Assembly (NCBI GenBank): GCA_016235155.1
Contig: JACRLW010000115.1
Coordinates: 17,115 to 81,114 of the forward strand
Length of the DNA: 64,000 nt
Direction: 5' to 3'
DNA from: Planctomycetota bacterium
GTDB lineage: Bacteria > Planctomycetota > UBA1135 > UBA2386
Of the stretch, positions 47,625 to 57,167 are shown one piece after another; within the stretch, counting starts at the first letter, position 1, and every line of letters starts with the position of its first letter. The notes beneath the pieces were generated by a model that searched no databases, was not told where the DNA came from, and saw only the letters and a program-made list of their open reading frames with translations. Made by a program: the position numbers and the translations under genes.

Positions 47625-48218
47625 TCAGCGCCGCGCGAAGCGGGCGAACAGGACGACGGCGGGCCCGGATGCCTCGCACGGGCGAAGTGCCGGCGCGCTG
47701 CCGCGCCAGAGCAGCGCATCGCCCGCTCCGATGCGATGAGTCGCGTGCGGACCCTCGCGCACGTCGCACTCGCCGTCGAGGACGAGCAGCAGCGCGTCGC
47801 CGTCCGCCGCCGGAACCTCGAGCGTCGGGCCACAGCGGATCACGCGCGCGTCCGCATGCGTCGTCGCGCGCTCGACCATCACGTTGAGGTCCTCGGTCGG
47901 TCCGTCGATCAGGCGTGCGCTGACCTTCGCCTCGCCGCGGAACGCGAACGGCACCAGCGGCACGTCGAGCCAGTGCTCCACACCGTCGACGTCGATCGCC
48001 ATCCCCTTGCCCCGCAGCAACCACAACGTGCGGTCGATGCCGGGGAAGAGGGAGAACGGTCCGTCGCTCGCGACCTCGGCGACGCTCACGCGCCAGCGGA
48101 ACCCCTCGCCCGTCTCGTGTCGCGCGACCGCGACCTCACGCGTTCGACCGCCGCCGTTCTTCCATCGCGCGATCGGTTGCGAAGCGACCGGAATGAACTC
48201 GACCCGTGGCTGGTCCAT
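47625..48218 (-). CDS. hutD: HutD-family protein
   Basis: ATG 48218: MDQPRVEFIPVASQPIARWKNGGGRTREVAV...FRWRVSVAEVASDGPFSLFPGIDRTLWLLRG is the HutD signature pattern. Confidence 0.7.
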   Translation of the reverse strand: MDQPRVEFIPVASQPIARWKNGGGRTREVAVARHETGEGFRWRVSVAEVASDGPFSLFPGIDRTLWLLRGKGMAIDVDGVEHWLDVPLVPFAFRGEAKVSARLIDGPTEDLNVMVERATTHADARVIRCGPTLEVPAADGDALLLVLDGECDVREGPHATHRIGAGDALLWRGSAPALRPCEASGPAVVLFARFARR

Positions 48219-48285
48219 GAGCCCGTCAGTCTCGACGGCCCGCGACGCGGCTACCATCCGCCGGTTCGAAACCAGGGTCGGCGTC

Positions 48286-50361
48286 ATGAACCAGCACGAT
48301 GATCGCGGGACGGGTCCGGGTCGCGGCCGAACGACGCTGTTCGGCGCGCTGATCGTCGCGGCATTGGCGATGGCGTGGCTGCTCGCGAGGTCCGGCGAAT
48401 ACCCGCCCGACGAAGACGCGGCGTCGCGAGAGACCGTGATCACGCAGCCACCGCGAGAGCCCGGCGCGGCGTCGGTCGCCAGCGAAGCGCGCGTCGATCT
48501 CGGCGGCGGGACCGAAGACCTGATCGAGCAGGCGACTGTTGCCCAGGCTCCGCCCGCAACCGGCCTCCGCATCGCGGGTCACTGCGTCGACGAGAGCGGC
48601 GCCGACGTGCCCGATTGCCCGATCGAGATCGTGATCGAGCGCGACGACGGCGGCACGGACGAGTCGCGGTTGCCGAGCCGGTCGACGACCGGCGACTTCG
48701 CGCTCGAGATCGACGAGGTCCCGCGCGCGGTGCTCGTCGTCGCCGGCGGTGCGCAGGACTGGTGCCGGCGCGAGCGCCGCATGCTCACCGCGGGACTCGC
48801 GCCGGGCTCGATCGTCGATACGGGTCGCATCGCGGTCACGCGCGGGGGGCGCCTGCGCGGAACGATGGTCGATCCCGACGGCCAACCCGTGCCGTTCGAA
48901 GAGTTGGCCTTCGTTCCCGCGGCCGGGGCACTCGACGACGCCTTCGGCGACGTCGATGCCACGGTCGCGCTGCGCGTCACGAGCGACGAGTCCGGCGCGT
49001 TCGCGATTCCGACGCTGCTTCGCACCGGCCGATGGCGCACCGTCGCGGGGAAGGACATCCACCCACGCGTGACGACGTCGGAGTACACGATCGAGCGGAG
49101 CCGCGACGCAGTCGTGGCGTTCGTCGTGCGTCCCGGGTTGCGGGTCACGGGGAGGGTCTTCTGCAAGGACGGCCGGCCGATCGCCGGAGTACGCATCGAA
49201 GCTCACACGCGATCCTCGGTGGACGCCCTCCTCGCCGCCCCCGCCTACACCGATCGCGAGGGGCGCGTCGTATTGCGGTCGGGCCCTGACGTCGCGAAGC
49301 CACCGAGCCGGTTCGACGTGACGGCGCGCCTCCACCATGACATCGGCACCGCCTACTCCGCACGTTGGGGTGACGCGCTGACGATCCGCACGTCCCACAA
49401 GGGTGAGACGCGACTGATGGTCCGCACCACTCGCACCGGAGAGATCGTGCCCGCCTTCCGTTACCGACTCCGGCCCGCGGGCAGCCCGCCGCAGTGGGTC
49501 ATCGAGTGGTCGGCGCCGTTGAAGGACACCGGCACCGGGGTACCGATCCATGTCCTCAGCAACGACTCGCGAGAGCTGACGGTGCTGCCCGAAGACGTGC
49601 GCCTCGCCATGAGCGAGATCGTGCTCGTCGGAGCCGGCCCGACCATCACCGTCTCGGTCGAAGACGCGCCGACGATCGCCGTCGACGTGCGCGACTCCGG
49701 ACGACCGGTCGCGGGCGCTGAGTTGCTCACGAATCCCTTCGATCCCCCGGCGCTCACCGACGCGACCGGCCGCGGATTCGTGCGCGCGTGGAGCGACGGC
49801 GCCGAGCACGAGATCGTCGCGCGCCGCGGCGACAAGAAGGCCGCGACCAGAGTCCGCCCCGGCGCGCGCGCGGTTCAGGTCGAACTTCCTCTCGGCCGCG
49901 GCTTCACCATCGTTCTCGATCCCGCGCCGGGCGACGCGCGGTGGGCCTTGGTCTCGCGCGGCGGCCTGCGCATCCCGCAGACCGGTTGGCTCGACGGCGA
50001 TCGCGTCACCCTCGACGAACTCGCGACGAGCGACTGGGCGATCGAGTTCGCGGCGTTGAGTCCCACGCGCAGCGCGTTCCGCCATGTGCCGGCGACCGTC
50101 CTCGAACCGCTCGTGTTCGAGGTCCGTCGCTCGCTGCCCGCGACGTTGATCGTCGAGAAGCGCATCGCCACGATCCTCCGCCTGCGCGCGCATGACCTCG
50201 CTGCCCCGCTCGCCGTCGCCGACGGCCGTCGCGAACACGTCGAGTGGCGCCTCGCGCCCGGGACGTACACCCTGCGCCTCGACGACGCGCCCGAGCGCCG
50301 TATCGAGTTGACGCCGGGCACTCCGCTCACGATCGACCTCCGCGAGACCGGACCGCGATGA
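48286..50361 (+). CDS. Membrane-anchored CarboxypepD_reg-like repeat protein
   Basis: ATG 48286 with anchor TTLFGALIVAALAMAWLL. Repeats such as LRGTMVDPDGQPVPFEELAF and VTGRVFCKDGRPIAGVRIEA. Confidence 0.7.
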   Translation: MNQHDDRGTGPGRGRTTLFGALIVAALAMAWLLARSGEYPPDEDAASRETVITQPPREPGAASVASEARVDLGGGTEDLIEQATVAQAPPATGLRIAGHCVDESGADVPDCPIEIVIERDDGGTDESRLPSRSTTGDFALEIDEVPRAVLVVAGGAQDWCRRERRMLTAGLAPGSIVDTGRIAVTRGGRLRGTMVDPDGQPVPFEELAFVPAAGALDDAFGDVDATVALRVTSDESGAFAIPTLLRTGRWRTVAGKDIHPRVTTSEYTIERSRDAVVAFVVRPGLRVTGRVFCKDGRPIAGVRIEAHTRSSVDALLAAPAYTDREGRVVLRSGPDVAKPPSRFDVTARLHHDIGTAYSARWGDALTIRTSHKGETRLMVRTTRTGEIVPAFRYRLRPAGSPPQWVIEWSAPLKDTGTGVPIHVLSNDSRELTVLPEDVRLAMSEIVLVGAGPTITVSVEDAPTIAVDVRDSGRPVAGAELLTNPFDPPALTDATGRGFVRAWSDGAEHEIVARRGDKKAATRVRPGARAVQVELPLGRGFTIVLDPAPGDARWALVSRGGLRIPQTGWLDGDRVTLDELATSDWAIEFAALSPTRSAFRHVPATVLEPLVFEVRRSLPATLIVEKRIATILRLRAHDLAAPLAVADGRREHVEWRLAPGTYTLRLDDAPERRIELTPGTPLTIDLRETGPR

Positions 50362-52973
50362 GCCGATTCGTCCCCGTGCTCCTCGTCGTGGTGGGTCTCG
50401 TCGCGGCGTGGTTGTTCGTGCGAGGCGACGAGGGCGCGCCGGATGTCGTCCAACCCACGACCACGACGTCGGATCGCGGGGAGGCGTCGCCGCGTGAGGT
50501 CGCCCCGGCGGACGCCGGCGCCGTGACCCCCTCGACCCCCGGATCCGGCGACCGGTCGCCATTGCCCGTCGCGTCGATCGCGAGCTGGATCGTCCGCGGC
50601 CGCGTGCTGCGCGCGCCGGGCACGCCGCACGCGGGCGCGCGCATCGAGGCAGAGTTGTTCGCCGGAACGACCGCGACCGGCGAACCGCTGCGCAGCGACC
50701 GACTCGAGTGCGGCGACGAGGGTCGCTTCGCGTGGCCCATGCCGGCTCCCGACCACGGCGTCACCTTGCGCTTCCAGGGCGCGATGGAAGGACACGGCGG
50801 CTGGCCCGAGACCGTGCGCGTGCCGAAGGGCGAAGCAGCGCCGCAGGACGTCGAGCTCTACGTCTACCCGCTCGATCACGTGATCCTCGGCAAGGTGACC
50901 GACGGCGAGGGCAAGCCGATCGCGGGTGCCTGGCTGCGGTACTCACGCGAGCGTCGCGGCTGCGAGGCGGACGGCAGCTACCGCATCGCGGTCGGCAGCG
51001 CCTTTGGCGAGGCACGCCTCAGCGCCGGTGCTCCGGGCTTCGCCGCCGAGACTCGCACCGTCGCGGCCGGCGGCGAACCCGAGCACCGCGAGGACTTCGC
51101 GCTGCGCCCCGCGTACCGCATCACCGGCCGCGTCGTCGACGAAGCCGAGCGGCCGATCGCGGGCGCCGAAGTCGCGACCTTCTACACGCTCTACGACCCC
51201 GAGCACAGCGATGCCGATGGCCGCTTCGTCGTCTCCGCGAACCCCGACCGCGAACGCGACTCGCTGTTCGCGCGTGCGCCCGGCTACGTGTTGGCGCAGA
51301 CCACGGTGAGCACGAAGGAAGCGCCGAAGGACCATGTGCTCGTGCTACGCCGCGGCACGCGCGTGCAGGGTCGCGTGACCGGACCCGACGGCCGGCCGAT
51401 CGCGGGTGCGGAGCTCTACATCGGCTTCAGCCCCAGCGCGTTCGATCGCCTCGACGCGATCAGCGGCGACGACGGCCGCTTTCAGTTCCCCGCCGTCGGC
51501 TCCGGCGACCAGACGCTCGTCACGCAACGCCGTGGCCTCTCGCCCGATCACCGCGTGTTGAAGATCGCGGCCGGCACCTTGCTCGTCGAGGTCGACGTGC
51601 AGCTCGCGCCGGCGCACTTCGTCGCGGGCATCGTCGTGGACGAGAGCGGCGCCGCGATGCGCGACGTGCGGGTCAGCATCCTCGTCCGGGATCCCGGCGA
51701 GATGCGTGGACGCGGCGAGTACATCGACGCGAACGGCAACACCGCGGCCGACGGTTCCTTCCGCGTCGAGGGTCTGCCGGCCGGCAAGGTGACCATCGAG
51801 CTCTACGCATCGGCGATCGTCCGCAAGGAAGAGGAAGTCGACGTCGACCGCGACGACCTGCGCCTCGTCGTGCAGCGCGCGGCCAGTCTCGCGGGTCGGG
51901 TGATCGACGACGCGACGGGTGAAGCGGTGACCGCGTTCGTCGTGCGGCTCGTGCGGTACTCGGGTGGGATCAGCGCGACCTGGGTCCGCGAAGGCAAGCG
52001 CTTCCACGATGCGCAGGGGCGGTGGGACACCGCCGGGGAGGAGATGCCGCCGGGGAGCACGTGGGGCGTCGAGATCACGGCGCCCGGCTATGCACCAAGC
52101 CGCGATCTCGCGGTCGTCGCGGCGCTCGAAGCGAAGCACGAGGACTGCGTGATCCGCATGCAGCGCGGCGGGGTGGTCGCCGGTCGCGTGCTCGACCCGA
52201 GCGGCGCTGCGCTCGCCGACGCCGTCGTGACCTGGGTCGATCCGGACGAGAGCGTGCAGCGCGATCCGAGCGAGCCGCACGGTTGGCTGCGCACGCGGAC
52301 CGATGCGCGCGGCAGCTTCGAGCTTCGCGACGTGCCGGCCGGCGAGACGCGCCTCGCAATCGAGTCGCTCGTCGGACCGCGGCAGGTCGACGGTCCGTTC
52401 TCACTCCTGCGCGGCGAGCGCGTCGATCGCGTGATCCGGGTCGGCACCGGCGCGCGCTTGTATGGCGTCGTCGTCGATGCGACCGGGATACCCGGCGAGA
52501 GCGGCAAGCTCGAACTCGTGGCACGCGATCGCAGCGGTTCGCACTCGCGCGAACTCGAACTCGGCGCCGACGGTCGCTTCGAGTTCACGAAGCTGCCCGC
52601 TGCCGAGTTCGAGGTGTACGGCTGGCTGCGCCGTGGCGCGGTGACGATGCCGGTGAGCCAGGTCGTGAAGCTGGGCAGCGACGAGACCCGCGAGCTGCGC
52701 CTCGCGCCGGGCGGATCCGGCATCGTGCGCGCGACGCTCGCGGGTGACGCGCGCGTCGACGACGGGACCTTGCTCCTGCTGATGCCGACACCGCCGCGCC
52801 CCGGACTGCTCGGCTGCCGCGGTGTGTTCGTCGCGAACATCGCGGAGTTGCACGGCGTCCCGGCCGGCGCCTACCAGGTCCTGGTCTTCGCACCGGGAGC
52901 GATGGGACGCGGGGACGTGCAGGTGACCGACGGCGCGCGCACCGACGTGGCGATCAGCCTTCGCGGGCGCTGA
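50358..52973 (+). CDS. Membrane-anchored CarboxypepD_reg-like repeat protein (paralog of the preceding gene)
   Basis: ATG 50358 overlaps the previous stop (ATGA). Anchor MSRFVPVLLVVVGLVAAWLFV. At least 6 repeats (ITGRVVDEAERPIAGAEV, VQGRVTGPDGRPIAGAEL, VAGRVLDPSGAALADAVV ...). Confidence 0.75.
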   Translation: MSRFVPVLLVVVGLVAAWLFVRGDEGAPDVVQPTTTTSDRGEASPREVAPADAGAVTPSTPGSGDRSPLPVASIASWIVRGRVLRAPGTPHAGARIEAELFAGTTATGEPLRSDRLECGDEGRFAWPMPAPDHGVTLRFQGAMEGHGGWPETVRVPKGEAAPQDVELYVYPLDHVILGKVTDGEGKPIAGAWLRYSRERRGCEADGSYRIAVGSAFGEARLSAGAPGFAAETRTVAAGGEPEHREDFALRPAYRITGRVVDEAERPIAGAEVATFYTLYDPEHSDADGRFVVSANPDRERDSLFARAPGYVLAQTTVSTKEAPKDHVLVLRRGTRVQGRVTGPDGRPIAGAELYIGFSPSAFDRLDAISGDDGRFQFPAVGSGDQTLVTQRRGLSPDHRVLKIAAGTLLVEVDVQLAPAHFVAGIVVDESGAAMRDVRVSILVRDPGEMRGRGEYIDANGNTAADGSFRVEGLPAGKVTIELYASAIVRKEEEVDVDRDDLRLVVQRAASLAGRVIDDATGEAVTAFVVRLVRYSGGISATWVREGKRFHDAQGRWDTAGEEMPPGSTWGVEITAPGYAPSRDLAVVAALEAKHEDCVIRMQRGGVVAGRVLDPSGAALADAVVTWVDPDESVQRDPSEPHGWLRTRTDARGSFELRDVPAGETRLAIESLVGPRQVDGPFSLLRGERVDRVIRVGTGARLYGVVVDATGIPGESGKLELVARDRSGSHSRELELGADGRFEFTKLPAAEFEVYGWLRRGAVTMPVSQVVKLGSDETRELRLAPGGSGIVRATLAGDARVDDGTLLLLMPTPPRPGLLGCRGVFVANIAELHGVPAGAYQVLVFAPGAMGRGDVQVTDGARTDVAISLRGR

Positions 52974-53733
52974 GCTTCTTTGCGGCGGGCTTCGGCTCCG
53001 GCAACACCTCGAAGGTGAACACGTCGCAGAGCTCGGTGCGCACGAACTCGTAGCTGACCTCGCCGTAGCGGCCGAGCGCCGAGTCGAGCGTGAGGAAGAC
53101 GCCGCCGCCAAGCACCTTCTTGTCGTCGCGGTAGCCGACCAACGTGCGCGAGTGCGCCATTCCGGTCGCGACGGCGAGGCCATTCGCGAGGGTGCGGCGC
53201 ACGGCTTCGAACTGCGTCTCGCTCAGGCCCCGCGTTCCTTCGCTCCACGGCTTGATCCACACGACGTGCAGGCGCTTCCCGATCAGCGCGCGCAGCGCGG
53301 TCGCTTCGGCTGCGAGCGTCTCGTCGTCGACCGCGGCCTTCGCCTCCGGATCGAATCGCTTCGCGTACGGCATCGCGTTCTCGCGCACGATGCCCTCGCG
53401 CGCGAGACCGGCGAGGATGTCGTGGAAGAAGCCGCCGTCGTGCACGCGCCCGGTCGCGAGGTTCTTCGCGCGGTTCGCGAACTCCGGCGAAAGCCGAAGT
53501 CCTTCACCGCGCACGCGCGCCAGCGCGAGCTCGAGCGTGGACACGACGGTGAACACCGAGCACGTGGGTCGCACCCCCTGCGAGCGCGGTCCGATGCCGA
53601 GGCGATCGATCTCCGCGCGCAGGTCGACGGCAGCGGGCAGCGGCTCGACCGGTGCAGACACCTCCGCCTGCGCCGCGAGCGCCGCACCGAACAGGACGAC
53701 GATGCGGGGCACGAGAAGACGAGAAAGCCACAT
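52954..53733 (-). CDS. Secreted papain-like (C1-like) cysteine peptidase candidate
   Basis: ATG 53733 gives the signal MWLSRLLVPRIVVLFGAALAAQA. Candidate nucleophile SQGVRPTCSVFTVVS and candidate His in GMAHSRTLVGY. The family assignment is tentative. Confidence 0.45.
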   Translation of the reverse strand: MWLSRLLVPRIVVLFGAALAAQAEVSAPVEPLPAAVDLRAEIDRLGIGPRSQGVRPTCSVFTVVSTLELALARVRGEGLRLSPEFANRAKNLATGRVHDGGFFHDILAGLAREGIVRENAMPYAKRFDPEAKAAVDDETLAAEATALRALIGKRLHVVWIKPWSEGTRGLSETQFEAVRRTLANGLAVATGMAHSRTLVGYRDDKKVLGGGVFLTLDSALGRYGEVSYEFVRTELCDVFTFEVLPEPKPAAKKLSAREG

Positions 53734-53887
53734 GGTTGCTTCCGCCGCGCGCGCGGCTCGGTCCGACCTTGTAGTCCAAGTCGCCGGCGACAGCAGCAGG
53801 GACGCCGCGGTCCCGGTCGGGTCGATCGCGGGTTGACCACTCTCCGGCCGGATCGCTAACCTGCCGCCCGTTCGGAGGAGGTTGCTC

Positions 53888-55582
53888 ATGCAGTTCCGCT
53901 TCGTGTCGTCACTCGTCGCTTCGCTCGTCGTCACCGCCCCATTCGTCCTCGGCGCACTGAGTCCCTGCGTCGGTCAGGACGCGAAGGGTTTCTACGTCAA
54001 CGAGGATCTCGGCTTCCGCGTGAAGGTGCCGGAGGAATGGAGCGAGATCCCGGTCCGGATCGACGAGAACTGGATCGTCTCGAAGTTCCTCTCGAAGAAG
54101 ACCTGGCTTTCGAAGAGCAAGGATTGGAACGAGGAGCACCGGCCCCTCATGACCGTGATCGTCTTCACGGCGGACGCGACGCGCTTCAAGGGCTGGGCGC
54201 AACAACAGCGCGGCAACACGACCTTCACGCGCATCACCGACCTGCCGTATCGCGACTACCAGGACTACCTGAAGCGCAACTTGACGAACGGCTACTTCTT
54301 CCAGGTCGAGGAGACCGGCGAGTCCGCCGGCACCAAGCTCCATCGCTTCGAGATCCTCCAGCACAAGCGTGACCCCGCGAAGCGCCTGCTCGCGTGGGTC
54401 TTCCACGGCGAGGACATGGACGTCGCGGTCGAGTTCGAGGTGTTGGAGGACCGGATCGATCGTCTGCGCGCCGTCTGCGAGCAGTCGCTCGCGTCGTTCC
54501 GTTTCGACGAGGGCGGCAAGCTGCGCTCGAAAGGTCCCTCGACCGGACCGGCCGACGCGGCGCTCGCCGATTCCAAGCTCTGGACCGAGTTCCGCGACGA
54601 GTGGAAGAAGGCGCCGCGCAAGGAGCGCCACCGCGTGAGGAAGGACGTCGAGGAGCGTCGCTTCGAGAAGCTCCGCGAGACGACGCCCGCCTCGTGGACC
54701 ATCACCGAGTCGAAGCACTTCCTCGTCATCTCGCACGCCGATCCCAAGACGACCAAGCGGATGACCGACTCGATCGAGACCTTCCGCGCGTGGTGCAACG
54801 AGACCCTCGGTGAACTCACCGACGAGTACGTCCGTCGCGGCGTGCTCCGCATCTGCGCCGACGACGCCGAGTACATGGCCTACTTCAAGGGCTCGGGTGA
54901 CTCCTGGACCTTCTCCAGCGATGAGGACCGCGAGATCGTCACCTACAAGGACGGCTACGCGGGCTCGAGCGGGCTCGGCGCCGGCGAACTCTTCGACGAC
55001 ATCCTCGAGATGTACCTCGCCGACCTCGATCCGCTCCTGCTGATGTACACGCCGTCGTGGCTTCGCGCGGGCATGGTCGACTACGTCACGGCCGCGAACA
55101 TCAAGGGCAACGAACTCGACTTCCGGGTCGACGACTACGAACGCGAGGAACTCAAGGAGCTCGAACGGGCGGGCAAGCTGAAGACGCTCCGCGAGTTGAT
55201 GACGCTCGACGAAGAGGCGTACTGGAAGGAGGTGAGCACCGGCCGTCGCACGCGCAGCCAGCTCACCAACGCGTTCCGCTTCCTGATCGGACCCGCGCGC
55301 AGCCAGCCTCAACTGAAGCACTTCCTCTGGAACTACCTGACCGTGGTCATCGCCGTCGCCGACGAGCACCGCAAGAAGTCGGAAGCGGAGCCCATCAAGG
55401 TCGACAAGGCGCCGGAGACGGAGGAAGAGGAGGAAGCCCGCGCCAAGAAGCGGAACAAGGACGACTCGTGGCAGAAGAAGCGCCGCGCCATCCACGAGGC
55501 CGTTTCGGAGAAGGCGCTGACCTTCGACGCGAAGACCTGGGAACGCCTCGAGAACGCCTACCAGAAGTTCGCGAGGAACTGA
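53888..55582 (+). CDS. Secreted DUF1570-like protein with degenerate metal site (pseudopeptidase paralog), acidic/basic C-terminal tail
   Basis: ATG 53888 is preceded by GGAGGAGG (53874-53881). Signal MQFRFVSSLVASLVVTAPFVLGA. SKHFLVISHADPKTTKRMTDSIETFRAWCNETLG parallels the next gene, but LFDDILEMYL replaces MFHETNHYL. Confidence 0.6.
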   Translation: MQFRFVSSLVASLVVTAPFVLGALSPCVGQDAKGFYVNEDLGFRVKVPEEWSEIPVRIDENWIVSKFLSKKTWLSKSKDWNEEHRPLMTVIVFTADATRFKGWAQQQRGNTTFTRITDLPYRDYQDYLKRNLTNGYFFQVEETGESAGTKLHRFEILQHKRDPAKRLLAWVFHGEDMDVAVEFEVLEDRIDRLRAVCEQSLASFRFDEGGKLRSKGPSTGPADAALADSKLWTEFRDEWKKAPRKERHRVRKDVEERRFEKLRETTPASWTITESKHFLVISHADPKTTKRMTDSIETFRAWCNETLGELTDEYVRRGVLRICADDAEYMAYFKGSGDSWTFSSDEDREIVTYKDGYAGSSGLGAGELFDDILEMYLADLDPLLLMYTPSWLRAGMVDYVTAANIKGNELDFRVDDYEREELKELERAGKLKTLRELMTLDEEAYWKEVSTGRRTRSQLTNAFRFLIGPARSQPQLKHFLWNYLTVVIAVADEHRKKSEAEPIKVDKAPETEEEEEARAKKRNKDDSWQKKRRAIHEAVSEKALTFDAKTWERLENAYQKFARN

Positions 55583-55598
55583 GGACGCAACGCCGCCG

Positions 55599-57155
55599 AT
55601 GACCATCCGCTCGTTCGTGTCGATCGCGAGGCGCACTCGCTTTGCCCCGCTCGTCCTGCCCTTCGTGCTGTTCGGCGTCCGACCCGTTGCCCAGGACTCC
55701 TTGCAACTGTCCGACGGACGCTTCGTCCTCGACAAGCGGATGAGCGTCGTCGACGACGGCGTCGTCGTCCATTTCGAGCACGGCGACGTGAAGGTGCCCA
55801 AGGCGCTGGTGAAGGCCTGCACCAGCAGCGGGACCGCCGAGAAGGACGACTGGACTCCCGACGAACGGGCCAAGCTCGACAAGGGGCTCGTCCCCTTCGA
55901 AGGGAAGTGGGTGCCGAAGGACCGCCGCGACAAGGAGCTCGAGCGCCGGCGCGCGCAGCGCGAGGAGCGCATCGCGAAGTCACGTGATCTGCGCGAGTGG
56001 CGCAACCATGCGGTGCTGAAGACCAAGAACTTCGAGTTCCACTTCACGATCGACCCCGACGTGATGGAGGGCTACGCGGAGTTGATGGAGACCTACTTCC
56101 GCGAGTTCACGCGCGAGTGGGGCATCACCAAGCCGCCGAAGGTCGATCGCTTGAAGGTCTGCTTCTTCCACGACGAGGAGTACTTCCATCAGGTCGGCGG
56201 CGCGTCCGAAGGCGTGATCGGCTACTACCGCTTCGTCGAGCCGCGCGAACTCAACTTCTTCTACGACCGCCTCGACCAGGACATGACCGTCGACGTCATG
56301 TTCCACGAGACGAACCACTACCTCACCCACCTCATCGACCTGAAGTTCCACTATCCGCCGTGGGTCAACGAGTCGCTCGCGGAGTACTACGGCGCGAGCC
56401 AGTGGGATCCGGAGGCGAAGAAGATGACGATCGGCAACCTGCAGGAGGGCCGGCTCGCCGTCATCCAGGACGCGATCAAGTCCGACGAGTGGCAGGGTCT
56501 CGAGGATCTGATCCGCATCGAGCACGGCCAGTTCAACGCGTTGCACTACGCCTGGGGCTGGAGCTTCGTGCACTTCCTGCTCTCGAACCCCAGGTACTCG
56601 AAGGGCTTCAAGTCCTTCTACATGGCCCTCGCCCGGGAGAAGTCGGTCAAGCGCGTGCCGTACTTCTACGACCTGAAGCAGGTCGAAGCGGACGAACAGA
56701 TCCGCGTGTTGAAGGCGTCGTTGCGCGTCGACGACCTGGCGACGCTCGAAAAGGAGTGGCACGACTACGTGAAGGGCATGCAGGCTGCATCCCACCGCGG
56801 CTACACGCAGGCCGGTCACATCGCGCTCGCCCGCGGCATGCCGATCAAGGCACAGCGCCTGTTCAAGACCGCCATCGAGATGGGCGCCACGGATCCGCGC
56901 GCCCACTACGGCTACGGCCGCGCGCTCGAACAGAAGGGCAAGCGGGACGAAGCGCTCGCGCAGTACGACCGAGCGATCGCGATCGACCCGCTCGAAGGCA
57001 TGTTCTACGTCCGGAAGGCGGAGTGCCTCGGACGCGGCGACGACAAGACGAACGAGAAGGAGATCGAACGGCTGTTCGCTCTCGCCGAGGAGATCGCCCC
57101 CGACGCCTACGACGTCATGCTCGCCAAGGCGATGTGGCAGTTCCGCGGCAAGTGA
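55599..57155 (+). CDS. Secreted DUF1570-like HExxH metallopeptidase with C-terminal TPR repeats
   Basis: VDVMFHETNHYLTHL (HExxH). NESLAEYY is a possible third ligand region. TPR: AHYGYGRALEQKGKRDEALAQYDRAIAIDPLEGMFYVRKAECL. Confidence 0.65.
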   Translation: MTIRSFVSIARRTRFAPLVLPFVLFGVRPVAQDSLQLSDGRFVLDKRMSVVDDGVVVHFEHGDVKVPKALVKACTSSGTAEKDDWTPDERAKLDKGLVPFEGKWVPKDRRDKELERRRAQREERIAKSRDLREWRNHAVLKTKNFEFHFTIDPDVMEGYAELMETYFREFTREWGITKPPKVDRLKVCFFHDEEYFHQVGGASEGVIGYYRFVEPRELNFFYDRLDQDMTVDVMFHETNHYLTHLIDLKFHYPPWVNESLAEYYGASQWDPEAKKMTIGNLQEGRLAVIQDAIKSDEWQGLEDLIRIEHGQFNALHYAWGWSFVHFLLSNPRYSKGFKSFYMALAREKSVKRVPYFYDLKQVEADEQIRVLKASLRVDDLATLEKEWHDYVKGMQAASHRGYTQAGHIALARGMPIKAQRLFKTAIEMGATDPRAHYGYGRALEQKGKRDEALAQYDRAIAIDPLEGMFYVRKAECLGRGDDKTNEKEIERLFALAEEIAPDAYDVMLAKAMWQFRGK

Positions 57156-57167
57156 CGGCGCCGCTCG

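Noticed and set aside
53909-56047. 712-aa minus-strand ORF
   Set aside because: It is antisense to two plus-strand genes that have signal peptides, an RBS and an HExxH motif.
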